Positions 28,904-38,115 of a DNA stretch of 64,000 nucleotides are shown one piece after another. Both the position numbers and the translations under genes were made by a program. The stretch's first letter is position 1. Every line of letters begins with the position of its first letter. The notes under the pieces are model-generated. The model was given only the letters and a program-made list of their open reading frames with translations. It had not been told where the DNA came from and made no database searches. Source of the DNA: Candidatus Latescibacterota bacterium (GTDB lineage Bacteria > Latescibacterota > UBA2968); the NCBI GenBank assembly GCA_965204375.1, contig OZ241986.1, positions 2,112,001 to 2,176,000 on the forward strand, read 5' to 3'.

Positions 28904-29680
28904 TTACGGAATCGCCATTCTGAAAATGGGATGGCTATCGGGCGCGTTTGAGAGACACCCGTGGCGATTCACAAGCGGGATCATATCCGTAGTAATGCGA
29001 TCCACATTAATATAGCGGTAGATCAGGGAACGGCGCCGGTTAGAAGACGTATTGGAATCAGAGCCGTGGGGCAGGCACAGGTGAAAAAAGAGGGCATCGC
29101 CGGCATTCAGAACAACGGGCACGGCATCGGTGCTGTCGAATTCTCCCTCGTCAAACCAGGGCTGGTCCGAATTGGGGCGTTTCAAAATGCCCTGCCGGTG
29201 CAAACCGGGCACAACTTGAAGACAGCCGTTTTCGGGAGTCGCCTCATCCACAGCGATCCAGACAGTGGCAACTGGGAGAGGTATTGAATAAAAATAAGGC
29301 GCATCCTGGTGCCAAGCATGAGCAGACCCGTAGAAAGCGGGTTTGAGCTGGGCTTCGTCGCCGAAAAAGCGCAAGTTATCGCCCAGAATATCCCTCATAC
29401 ACGACAGAATGGGTTCACAGGTAGCCACAGACCGAAAGAAAGAATCGTGCCGGACAACGCGGCTGACTTTGCGGATGCGGTTCAAGGGATTCTCGGGACG
29501 AATATCCAGGCGCTGGACCTCGGGTTCGACCTGCACGGCAATCTCGGAATCGAGTTGCCCGAGCGCAGCGCGATCCAGATGTCCGGCGATCTCTTTGAGA
29601 AGCCCCGGCGGAATGAGTCTCTCTACGATGATGAAACCGTCTGTGTGGTAATCTCGGATTTGATCGGGTGTAAGATTCAT
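28904..29680 (-). CDS. Phytanoyl-CoA dioxygenase family protein
   Basis: Canonical WHQD...HGS..N.S..RR motifs; VWIAVDEATPENGCL. Confidence 0.92.
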   Translation of the reverse strand: MNLTPDQIRDYHTDGFIIVERLIPPGLLKEIAGHLDRAALGQLDSEIAVQVEPEVQRLDIRPENPLNRIRKVSRVVRHDSFFRSVATCEPILSCMRDILGDNLRFFGDEAQLKPAFYGSAHAWHQDAPYFYSIPLPVATVWIAVDEATPENGCLQVVPGLHRQGILKRPNSDQPWFDEGEFDSTDAVPVVLNAGDALFFHLCLPHGSDSNTSSNRRRSLIYRYINVDRITTDMIPLVNRHGCLSNAPDSHPIFRMAIP

Positions 29681-29792
29681 CAAAACCTACCTTTTTTAAT
29701 CCCAGATGGGTCTTTATCCACATGCCTGCGGCGATGTTCTGACAATCGAATTTGCAAACGCCCCATACTCCGATCCTCTCATAAACGTCCCC
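29679..29792 (-). pseudogene. Internally deleted copy of the 25502-27772 gene (5' end fused to 3' end)
   Basis: 29708-29792 matches the gene's 5' end (27714-27801) and 29679-29710 matches its 3' end (25493-25522); mini-ORF 29680-29766 MGRLQIRLSEHRRRHVDKDPSGIKKGRF*. Confidence 0.85.
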
Positions 29793-29896
29793 AGAATCAT
29801 CCTGAGCGTCACAAGATAGCTTTTGTTTTCGGAAATAATTGGTATATTTCTCACAAGAACCCTGATACAACCCCGCATTTCCTGGAGAAACCAACA

Positions 29897-31147
29897 GTGA
29901 CAACAAATACCATTCGCGTGGGCATCATCGGAACTGGCAGCCGCGGCATCAACTGTATTGGCCATCAAATTGCCGAACAAGCCAGCGATCTGGACATCAC
30001 AATAACCGCTTTTTGCAACCGCACAGAAAGCCGCATGCACATCGCCCTTGAAGATGTGAACAGAATCGCGGCGGCAGCGGGCAACTCGGCATTTTCACCC
30101 GCATTCTACAGCGATCCAACAGCTCTGATATCAGACAACAACGTAGATATGGTCGTCATCACCACGCCCACGGCAGCCCATCGCGAAGCGGCAATACCCG
30201 CACTGCGCTCGGGCAAAAAGGTCTATCTGGACAAGCCCATTGCACATACACTCGAAGATGCCATAGCCATCCACAAAGAAGAGTCCAAAACAAATAATCC
30301 GATGATCATGGGCTTTACCAGGCGCTATGAACAGCCCTGGATAGAACTCTACAACCTGCTGAAAAGCGGCGTCATCGGCGACCTCAAAATGATGCTCATT
30401 CGCTCCGTAATCCCCTACACGCATTATTTTATGACCTGGCACCGCACGCGGTCATTGAGCGGCGGTGCGCTCAACGACAAGGCATCGCACTACACAGACG
30501 TATTCAACTGGTTTGCGGGCGGCCATTGTCTCCAGGTCAACGCCTTTGGGGGGCGCAACCTCTTTGAAGTGCGCGAAGACGCGCCCGAATTTTGTGCCGT
30601 CTGCGACGACGACACTTGTCCTTATCGAGCGGAATTGGTCGAAACGGGAACACAGGATCAGGCTCGGGGCGCAATAGATCAGACTTTCGCCCGTGAAACC
30701 GATCCCATGCGCCGAAAAGACAATTGCGTATATAAACCCGGCGCAGACATCTTCGACCACGCATCCATCCACTTCCAGTACGACAACGGAATCGTCGCCT
30801 CCATCTTCTACGCCATTTACGGTCCCAAAGCCGAAGACGAAGAAACCTTTGAACTGGTCGGCACAAAAGGGCGAATGATCCTGACGCGCCTGAAAGGCGA
30901 AATCGACCTCGTCACGGACTATGGAGAACGCAGAGAAGAAATCATACAATGCAAAGCCGAAGCCTTTGAAACCTCTCACTTCGGTGCAGACCGCAAGCTG
31001 GTGCAGGAAATTGCCAAATTTGCCCGCGGCGATCCATCCCCAGTAGATGGCCGATACGGCATGGAAGCCACGCGAATGATCCTATCAGCAATGCAATCCA
31101 TCGACCAGGGCGGCGAAACCATTCGCCTCGCCAATGGACCAATATAA
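29897..31147 (+). CDS. Gfo/Idh/MocA family oxidoreductase
   Basis: GTG start after GGAG; RVGIIGTGSRG; KKVYLDKPIA; GGALNDKASHYTD. Confidence 0.9.
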   Translation: MTTNTIRVGIIGTGSRGINCIGHQIAEQASDLDITITAFCNRTESRMHIALEDVNRIAAAAGNSAFSPAFYSDPTALISDNNVDMVVITTPTAAHREAAIPALRSGKKVYLDKPIAHTLEDAIAIHKEESKTNNPMIMGFTRRYEQPWIELYNLLKSGVIGDLKMMLIRSVIPYTHYFMTWHRTRSLSGGALNDKASHYTDVFNWFAGGHCLQVNAFGGRNLFEVREDAPEFCAVCDDDTCPYRAELVETGTQDQARGAIDQTFARETDPMRRKDNCVYKPGADIFDHASIHFQYDNGIVASIFYAIYGPKAEDEETFELVGTKGRMILTRLKGEIDLVTDYGERREEIIQCKAEAFETSHFGADRKLVQEIAKFARGDPSPVDGRYGMEATRMILSAMQSIDQGGETIRLANGPI

Positions 31148-31157
31148 GGGAGGAAAA

Positions 31158-31976
31158 ATGACACCAATACCTATGACCGATGAGCAAAAATTCTTCTTCG
31201 ACCTCCGCGGCTGGATCCTGCTGCCTTCTGTGCTATCGGCTGCAGAGATAGAAGAGATGAAAGCCGAAGTATATGCCGGTGCCAAGCGGAGTTATGAAGG
31301 CGCGCTTCAGAACCTGCTGGACCACCCGGCAATCGTCGGCATTCTAAACGAAATCCTATCCGAAGATCCGTTTGTGAAGGACAACTGCTACGGCTTCCGA
31401 TGCGAAGGCTCCTTCACCACCGTGCGGCCTCCCGGATGGGACAAATCGGAACGGAGAGACAACGGCATGCCCCACGTTGTGCGTCCCCCCCAACAAGCCA
31501 ACGCCATGCGCTATCAGGTCGCGGGAAATAAAATTTTTGCCGGGCTGACCCGGGTCGTGTGGGAACTCGAGGAAGTCGTGTCGGGACAGGGCGGCACCTC
31601 TTTTCTCAGCGGATCGCACAAAGCCCACTTCAATTACGGCGGCCCGGATCGGTTTCGGCCAAATATCGGCGGCTCCCCCTATGAATCCAGTATGAGAGAT
31701 GCCATGGAAGATTATAGCTGCCCCGCAGGCTCGGTAGTCATCTTCACGGAAAGCCTGATCCACGCAGCCAATGACTGGACCAACCCCAACAATCCGAGAT
31801 GCGCGGTCTTCAACTGCTACAACTCCATCTGGGCGCAGTGGCACCGCCTCAACCTCAACCACGAAACAATCGAAGCCATGCCCCCAAAGCGGCGGACACT
31901 CTTCCGCGGTACCTGGGCAATTGGTGGCGGCCCAAATGGAAACCGCGAGTACTCGCTGGATAACAGAACCGTCTAA
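31158..31976 (+). CDS. PhyH-like Fe(II)/2OG dioxygenase-fold protein, atypical metal motif
   Basis: GGAGG RBS; KFFFDLRGW, GGTSFLSGSHK, AGSVVIFTESLIH; the first motif reads PHVV instead of HxD. Confidence 0.75.
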   Translation: MTPIPMTDEQKFFFDLRGWILLPSVLSAAEIEEMKAEVYAGAKRSYEGALQNLLDHPAIVGILNEILSEDPFVKDNCYGFRCEGSFTTVRPPGWDKSERRDNGMPHVVRPPQQANAMRYQVAGNKIFAGLTRVVWELEEVVSGQGGTSFLSGSHKAHFNYGGPDRFRPNIGGSPYESSMRDAMEDYSCPAGSVVIFTESLIHAANDWTNPNNPRCAVFNCYNSIWAQWHRLNLNHETIEAMPPKRRTLFRGTWAIGGGPNGNREYSLDNRTV

Positions 31977-33742
31977 CGGCCTGATCTATTTCGCATCTGT
32001 TCAACCACTGGCGTCGTCGGTGCCTCGCCGCTATAAAGCGCCTGCCCCCGCTCGTAGGACACCTCCACCTCGCCATCCCTCACTTCCAGCCGGGGCACAT
32101 TGTAATCGCGCGCATCCCGATCCGTGCCGCGCATCACGGCCAAATGCGCGTCCGTCATACCCTCCACCATGTCGTCACCCCAGCGGTTCCACGGATGCAC
32201 CATCTCCCCCCCGCTGCGGTGAAAACTCCGCGACGAGTACTTGATCAGGATCCCCCGTCTCGGGATGGGATTCTTCCACGCCGTGGTGCCATGCGTCGTC
32301 GAACCATCGGCAAAAAACAGCACATCTCCCGCCTCCATCACCAACTGCTTCACCAGCCCCATGTCATCGTCGCAGGACCGCACGCCCGGCGGCGTTGGGT
32401 ATTTCCCCTTGTGAGAACCCGGAACACAGGCAAACCCGCCAAGACCGGGCGGCACATCCCGCAACTGCCATGTAATCGTCACCGCCTCCGAGTAGCTCCG
32501 CCCATTCTGAAACTGATAGCCCATCGGCGGATACATCGGTTCCCCAGAATCGTGCAGGGCATGGCCAGACGTCCCTTGAACCGAGCAAAACGCCGACGGC
32601 CCACTCATTCGCGCGCCGCTCCCGCCCATCCACGTCAACCTGTGCTGCACGGACGGGTGAGCCACCATCTTCCGAAACGGCTCGCAATACGGCTCGGGAA
32701 GATCCAGCAAACCGCCCAACACCGGACGCCCCGTGCCCGCCAGGCTCTTTGACCCCCGCGACAATTCCTCCTGCACCACAATCTGATCCTCAAACTTGTC
32801 AATCGCCTCATTCGCCTTCTCCAACCACGCCTCATCCATCACCCCTTTGAGAATCAAATACCCGTTCAATTCCCAAAAATAGAACTCTTTTTCATCGATA
32901 TTGGAATTGGGATCCCGACTGTAAATCGAGGGATGAAACACCTCCCGCGATTCATCGAGTTTTACTGTCTCGCCATCCGTCACAATCACCGGCGGAGGCG
33001 TCGAATACGCATAATCCGGTTTGTAAAGCGACGCGCGTTGTTCGGGGCTAATCGTCGCCTGCCATTCAGGAGAAGGATCCTCCGCAACCATTGGCCCCGT
33101 CCCGGCAGACTGAATCGCCGCCCGCCCCACATACTCGTAGCTCAACAATCGCCGTGGCCCTTTGCCCTGCCACGGCCGCACCCCCTGCAACACCGTCCCA
33201 GCCACCAGAAACAGATCCCCTGCCTTTAGATCCGGCTGGAACGTCAGACCCATATCATCTACACCCGTAGCCACATCCTCTGGCGTCTCCACATTCACCT
33301 TGTGGGTACACGGCACCATCACGAATCCACCATCGCCCTCTTCCACATCCTCAAGCGCCCAGATCGCCCGCACTGCCTGGCAATACCGGCGCCCATTCTG
33401 AAAATAATAAGCCCTGGCCGGATTTCTCGGCTCATTGCCTCCCACCAGGGGTGCCTCCACATCCCAGGTCTCATCGCACAACAACTCTGGTTCCCGGTCC
33501 AGCCGGAACCCATAGCCTACGATCTGATTCAAATACCACACCAATTGTGGATGAATCATCAAATCCCGAAACAGATCCCGAAGTGGGGAATCCCATCTCA
33601 GCATCCCCTCACTCTGCCCCCCTTTGTCCAGCGCCTCATTCAGTGCCTTCACCTCACCTCGGTTCAATACGCCCGGGATGTGCAAATAGCCTGCCACATC
33701 AAAGCTGTAATTCTCCTCGTTGCTCATCGCTTCCCGGTCCAT
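31973..33742 (-). CDS. Tandem two-domain PhyH-like protein
   Basis: Two repeats of (F/W)(D/E)xxGYL...GGF..VP..HK...AGD(L/V); C-domain has LHDSG and THGT; paralogue at 36215-37954. Confidence 0.85.
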   Translation of the reverse strand: MDREAMSNEENYSFDVAGYLHIPGVLNRGEVKALNEALDKGGQSEGMLRWDSPLRDLFRDLMIHPQLVWYLNQIVGYGFRLDREPELLCDETWDVEAPLVGGNEPRNPARAYYFQNGRRYCQAVRAIWALEDVEEGDGGFVMVPCTHKVNVETPEDVATGVDDMGLTFQPDLKAGDLFLVAGTVLQGVRPWQGKGPRRLLSYEYVGRAAIQSAGTGPMVAEDPSPEWQATISPEQRASLYKPDYAYSTPPPVIVTDGETVKLDESREVFHPSIYSRDPNSNIDEKEFYFWELNGYLILKGVMDEAWLEKANEAIDKFEDQIVVQEELSRGSKSLAGTGRPVLGGLLDLPEPYCEPFRKMVAHPSVQHRLTWMGGSGARMSGPSAFCSVQGTSGHALHDSGEPMYPPMGYQFQNGRSYSEAVTITWQLRDVPPGLGGFACVPGSHKGKYPTPPGVRSCDDDMGLVKQLVMEAGDVLFFADGSTTHGTTAWKNPIPRRGILIKYSSRSFHRSGGEMVHPWNRWGDDMVEGMTDAHLAVMRGTDRDARDYNVPRLEVRDGEVEVSYERGQALYSGEAPTTPVVEQMRNRSGR

Positions 33743-33789
33743 CGGTGACCTCCTGCTATAAGATTGGGGTTTATTAGTGCATTTAATAC

Positions 33790-33818
33790 ATAGTAAGCTA
33801 ATTTCTGGATCAATTCAA
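33790..33818 (-). promoter_or_regulatory. sigma70 promoter of tandem PhyH gene 1
   Basis: TTGAAT-N17-TACTAT; identical boxes and spacing at 37996-38024. Confidence 0.75.
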
Positions 33819-33876
33819 AACAAAAATGCTTATAATATGAGGTGCCGCAAAAAAAATTGGACAAGGAGTGACAAAC

Positions 33877-34773
33877 ATGACCACACGAACGCGAAAATCG
33901 CCCGATGAAATCAAAAACATCCTGGAAGGCCCCGTCACATCGATACCGACACCTTTTCTATCAAATGGAGACATCGACTGGAATGGCGTGGACAACATCA
34001 TCGAAACCGGCATTGGAGGCGGCAGTGGCGTCATCTTGCTGACAGCGGGCGATAGCCAGTACTTCTGCCTGAGCGAAGATGAAATCGCACAACTCACACA
34101 ATTTACCATCGGGCGCACCGCTGGCCGCGCCCTCACCATCGCCGCGACCGGGGCATGGCCCACCCGGCAGGCAGAAGCGTTCGCCCACAGGTGTGTCGAA
34201 TGGGGCGCAGATGCGCTCATGTCCGTCACCACATTCCACGGCTCAGACCCCGAAGGCGTGGCCGATCACAATGCCGCAATCGGCAAAATCATCCCGGTGA
34301 TGCTCGTCGGCTATCCCTCGCACCGCGCCCTGGATATGCTCATAGACGAACCCGGCATCTGCTGCTTCAAAGAAGACGGCGACACGGCCTATGCTGTAGA
34401 AACCCTGCAAAAATACGGCCACCACTGGAAAATCATGACCGGAGGCACCCTGTGGCGTCACCTCCTCGAATGGCCCTTTGGCTGCACCACCTTCATGGAC
34501 TGGTCCACCTCATTCGCCCCCCACATCGGCGCGGAATTCCACCAGGCTCTCTGCCGCAACGACATAGCCGAAGCGCGGCGAATCACCGTCGAAATCGAAC
34601 GCCCGCTCTGGGATCTGCAGCCCAATTTTCGAGGCGGCTGGCAAACCATGTGGCGCGCCATCCTCGAACTCTACGGCGTCTCCGCCCGATATCTCAGATC
34701 GCCCCAACTCTCTGCCACCGAAGAAGACCTGGAATTTCTCCGTGCGTCTCTCGACCAGATCGGCCTGCTGTAA
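33877..34773 (+). CDS. DHDPS/N-acetylneuraminate lyase family protein
   Basis: SIPTPFLSNGDID, AGDSQYFCLSEDE, Schiff-base Lys in CCFKED; AGGAG RBS. Confidence 0.85.
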   Translation: MTTRTRKSPDEIKNILEGPVTSIPTPFLSNGDIDWNGVDNIIETGIGGGSGVILLTAGDSQYFCLSEDEIAQLTQFTIGRTAGRALTIAATGAWPTRQAEAFAHRCVEWGADALMSVTTFHGSDPEGVADHNAAIGKIIPVMLVGYPSHRALDMLIDEPGICCFKEDGDTAYAVETLQKYGHHWKIMTGGTLWRHLLEWPFGCTTFMDWSTSFAPHIGAEFHQALCRNDIAEARRITVEIERPLWDLQPNFRGGWQTMWRAILELYGVSARYLRSPQLSATEEDLEFLRASLDQIGLL

Positions 34774-34775
34774 CA

Positions 34776-36068
34776 TTAAGGCAACGCATACACCCACATA
34801 AATCTTCGGTCGTAGATCAGGGCTTCCTCCCTGCCGTCATTATTCACATCACACACCTGCATCGCATAGCTATAACCGATGTCATCGAGCCGCGTACGCT
34901 CCAAAATACCCGCTGGACAGTCGGGATGTTTTGCATTTTCTGGCAGTGAAAACGCCAGCGATATCTCGCCATCTCCATCCATCCCCCAGGGCCACCCACC
35001 ATCGGCATACCCGATCCATGTCCGGCTCCCCCGAAGCGCGACAATCGGCCGATTCCTGTGCATGCGGAGCTTTTCCCCGCCTTTTGGAAAACCCATCGGC
35101 CAGACCCGCTCAGTGGGCCTGCTCCACACTTCTGTGCCATCTGGTTCGAAAAGCACCATAGGACCGTTTGGCGAATTGTAGAGCGCGACCTGAAACTCAG
35201 AATCCGAACGAAAACACCCCAGAGCCGTACCCTGGCAATGAATGTGTCCTCTCGAAAAATAAGTCCTGCCTCCCGCCCCAAAAAGGTGCAGCTTATCGGA
35301 CGCGGCAATAGAAAAAACCGGCCCGCTGGCAGTGTGAAACACATCCGTGTAATCCACATGTTGCTGGTCAGCATTCAGTGTTTCCGGGTCAACAGCATCC
35401 ACCGTCCACAAAATCTGCCCATCCATACCCACGGCACAGTATCCGATTAGATATACCTGCTCGCCATCCATATCCAGAGACAGTATGTGGTGCCCACCTC
35501 CCGGAATGGCTTTGGGACCCCATACCGGCTCCAGATCTGCATTCAAACCCAGCACTGGCTCGCCATACCGCCACGAACCATTTCCGACCTCCCCATTTTT
35601 GATCGCAATAGCAGCCTCGTGTTTATCGGTGGACCGTGTAGCGGTCTGGAGGATATAATAATTCTCATCGGGAAGACGGGCGCTCTTTACCTCCTCCCCC
35701 GTCTCACCGTCCAGGACCACAACCCTATCGCCATCTGCTACGACCACCTCAATGCGCCCGTCCCCGTCAATATCCCCCGTGGCGATACAGGCCTCATAGG
35801 AGTGGGAGATATAAGGGATATGCGGCGGATTTGGCTTTCCCCACGTCCACATGCGTCGGCCATCTGCGCGAAATGCCGAGACAGACACGGACTCGGGAAA
35901 CAGCGCGCTTACAAAATCCCAACTCCTGAAAGGCTCTGGCCCAAAGATACCCGGTCCCTGATAGGTGAGAATCTCCGGAATTCCATCTCCATCGATATCT
36001 GCTGGAAAACACTCTGCCCCGCCGTATTCCTCAAACGCGATCTCAAACATACACGATACCGTTGCCAT
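34776..36068 (-). CDS. FG-GAP/VCBS-like repeat beta-propeller protein (PL11 rhamnogalacturonan-lyase-like)
   Basis: Repeated DIDGDG/DVNNDG Ca-binding motifs; GGGHH and QHVD segments; no signal peptide. Confidence 0.55.
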   Translation of the reverse strand: MATVSCMFEIAFEEYGGAECFPADIDGDGIPEILTYQGPGIFGPEPFRSWDFVSALFPESVSVSAFRADGRRMWTWGKPNPPHIPYISHSYEACIATGDIDGDGRIEVVVADGDRVVVLDGETGEEVKSARLPDENYYILQTATRSTDKHEAAIAIKNGEVGNGSWRYGEPVLGLNADLEPVWGPKAIPGGGHHILSLDMDGEQVYLIGYCAVGMDGQILWTVDAVDPETLNADQQHVDYTDVFHTASGPVFSIAASDKLHLFGAGGRTYFSRGHIHCQGTALGCFRSDSEFQVALYNSPNGPMVLFEPDGTEVWSRPTERVWPMGFPKGGEKLRMHRNRPIVALRGSRTWIGYADGGWPWGMDGDGEISLAFSLPENAKHPDCPAGILERTRLDDIGYSYAMQVCDVNNDGREEALIYDRRFMWVYALP

Positions 36069-36077
36069 TACCGCCCC

Positions 36078-36200
36078 CTACACAAAACCGGGACTTGCGA
36101 TAAGCCCCGGTACTAACTCAATCTCACCGAGAATAGCCTGCAAATTGGTGCCTCTATGCGAAGCCAGAAAGCCCAGTTGCAAGACCTGTCCAGTCGGCAT
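36078..36200 (-). pseudogene. purN: 5' stub of phosphoribosylglycinamide formyltransferase
   Basis: GAAGGAG RBS then MPTGQVLQLGFLASHRGTNLQAIL, the PurN N-terminal phosphate-binding signature; homology stops after about 24 codons and the frame ends in a terminator. Confidence 0.75.
36083..36111 (-). terminator. Intrinsic terminator
   Basis: ACCGGGGCUU-AUCGC-AAGUCCCGGU followed by UUU; related to 38053-38090. Confidence 0.7.
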
Positions 36201-36214
36201 TTTCTCGCTCCTTC

Positions 36215-37954
36215 CTATCCCGACTTCTCCCCCGGCTTCCGATAAGAGGCCGCATACCGGTCGCCCTCTGGATCGTACGACACATGCACCTGTCCATCGT
36301 GTACTACCAACCTGGGCACCGTGCGATCCCGCCCATCGCGTTCGGGACCGCGCATAACCGCAAACTGTTCCTCAGTCATATCCTCCACCATATCGCCCCA
36401 GCGCTCCTGGGGATCGATCACGCCACCGCCCCAGTTGGAATTTTTGGACTGATATTTAACCAGCACACCCCGTCTGGGAATCGGATTTTTCCACGCCAGC
36501 GCGCCGTGTGTACACCCGCCATCCATAAAAAATAACACATCTCCCGCTTTCATCGCCGGCTGCACCACCAGGCCCATCGTCTCGTCGCACGTGCGGATTC
36601 CAGGAGGCATTGAATACTGCGTCTTATGAGAACCCGGCACACAGGCAAACCCACCCAGATCCGGCTCCACATCCCGCAACTGCCACGTAATCGTCACCGT
36701 CTCGCAATAACTCCGCCCATTCTTAAACTGGTAGCCCCGCGACGGACTCATCGGCTCATTCCCATCGTGCAACGCGTGGCCCGATGTCCCTTGCACAGCG
36801 CAAAACACCGTACCGCCACCCGTGCGATACCCACTGGCTCCCATCCAGTTCAGCCGATGCACCACAGCGGGATGGGCAATCATGCGCCGAAACGGATCGC
36901 AATAGGGCGCAGGTAAATCCACCAGACCCGGCAATAACGGCCGCCCCGTCCCCGCCTGACTCTTTGAACCTCGCGCCAGTTCTGCACCAACCTCAATCCG
37001 ATCCTGAAATTTATCTACCGCCTCATTCGCCTTTTCCAGCCATTCCCCGTCCATCACCCCGCGCACCACCAGATACCCATTCAAATCCCAAAAATAAAAT
37101 TCCTTCTCATCAATTTTTGAATTTGGATCCCGAATATAAATCGAAGGATGAAGCACCTCAGAACTATCTTCTACCCACGTCTTTTCGCCATCGGTATTCA
37201 GCACAGGCGGCGGATTAGATCCCTTAGCCCCCGGCCTGTACATCACCGCCTTCTGTTCGGGAGGCGCACTCTCCGTCCACCCGGGTCGCGTTTCGATCTC
37301 AGCACCCGGTCCCGGCCCATTCGACTGAATGACCGCTCGCCCCGCATACCAGTACGTCAACAGCCGTTTCGGCAACCCTGTCCACGGGTGCATCCCCTGC
37401 AAAGTAGATTCCGCCAGCAAAAACAAATCCCCCGCCTTCAGCACCGGCTGTTTCACCAGCCCCATATCGTCCTGCCCTATCGCCAGATCCTCGGGCGTCT
37501 CTACATTGCTCTTATGGCTCGCCTGCACCACCACCAGCCCGCCATCCCCATCCTCCACATCCTCCAGAACCCAGATCGCCTTCACCCCCTGGCACGACCG
37601 GCGACCATTTTGAATGAAATACGCCCGGGACGGATTCCGAGGTTCGTCTCCGCCCACCAGGCCCTGTCCGATCTCCCCTTCCCGGCTACCCAGCAACCGG
37701 GGTGCCTGATCCAGCCGGAACCCATGTCCGATAATCTGGTTCAAATACCAGACCAGTTGCGGATGCACCAGCAAATCTCGAAACAGATCCCGCTGGGGCA
37801 CCTCCCAGCCCAGCATGCCTTCAGACGCGCCTGCCTCGTCCAGTGCCCTGTTCAAAGCCTCGACTTCACCCCGACTCAACACCCCTGGAACATGCAAATA
37901 TCCGGCGACATCAAACGCATAATTCTCTTCATTGCTCATCTCTTCCCGGTCCAT
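36215..37954 (-). CDS. Tandem two-domain PhyH-like protein (paralogue 2)
   Basis: Collinear with 31973-33742 (MDREEMSNEENYAFDVAGYLH...); C-domain has LHDGN and THGA. Confidence 0.85.
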   Translation of the reverse strand: MDREEMSNEENYAFDVAGYLHVPGVLSRGEVEALNRALDEAGASEGMLGWEVPQRDLFRDLLVHPQLVWYLNQIIGHGFRLDQAPRLLGSREGEIGQGLVGGDEPRNPSRAYFIQNGRRSCQGVKAIWVLEDVEDGDGGLVVVQASHKSNVETPEDLAIGQDDMGLVKQPVLKAGDLFLLAESTLQGMHPWTGLPKRLLTYWYAGRAVIQSNGPGPGAEIETRPGWTESAPPEQKAVMYRPGAKGSNPPPVLNTDGEKTWVEDSSEVLHPSIYIRDPNSKIDEKEFYFWDLNGYLVVRGVMDGEWLEKANEAVDKFQDRIEVGAELARGSKSQAGTGRPLLPGLVDLPAPYCDPFRRMIAHPAVVHRLNWMGASGYRTGGGTVFCAVQGTSGHALHDGNEPMSPSRGYQFKNGRSYCETVTITWQLRDVEPDLGGFACVPGSHKTQYSMPPGIRTCDETMGLVVQPAMKAGDVLFFMDGGCTHGALAWKNPIPRRGVLVKYQSKNSNWGGGVIDPQERWGDMVEDMTEEQFAVMRGPERDGRDRTVPRLVVHDGQVHVSYDPEGDRYAASYRKPGEKSG

Positions 37955-37995
37955 CTCTGACCTCCTGTTGGAAGATTGGGGTTTGTCTCTACATT

Positions 37996-38024
37996 ATAGT
38001 ACGCCAACTTTTTGCTCAATTCAA
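37996..38024 (-). promoter_or_regulatory. sigma70 promoter of tandem PhyH gene 2
   Basis: TTGAAT-N17-TACTAT, conserved with 33790-33818. Confidence 0.75.
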
Positions 38025-38052
38025 TCAAAAATTTTTAAAGCTCCGAAAACGC

Positions 38053-38090
38053 AAAACCGGGACCTGCAGCACAGCCGTAAGTCCCGGTTT
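38053..38090 (-). terminator. Intrinsic terminator after the desaturase gene
   Basis: AAACCGGGAC...GTCCCGGTTTT stem. Confidence 0.7.
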
Positions 38091-38115
38091 AAACACCCTG
38101 TATTTCCCCCGAATA

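Noticed and set aside
29309-29896. Apparent N-terminal extension of the Gfo/Idh/MocA ORF resembling ORF 27573-28343
   Set aside because: The shared peptide is the antisense reading of the DNA duplication; the true start is GTG 29897.
36083-38090. Integron attC sites at block boundaries
   Set aside because: Hairpins lack RYYYAAC/GTTRRRY ends, behave like terminators, and no integron integrase is present.
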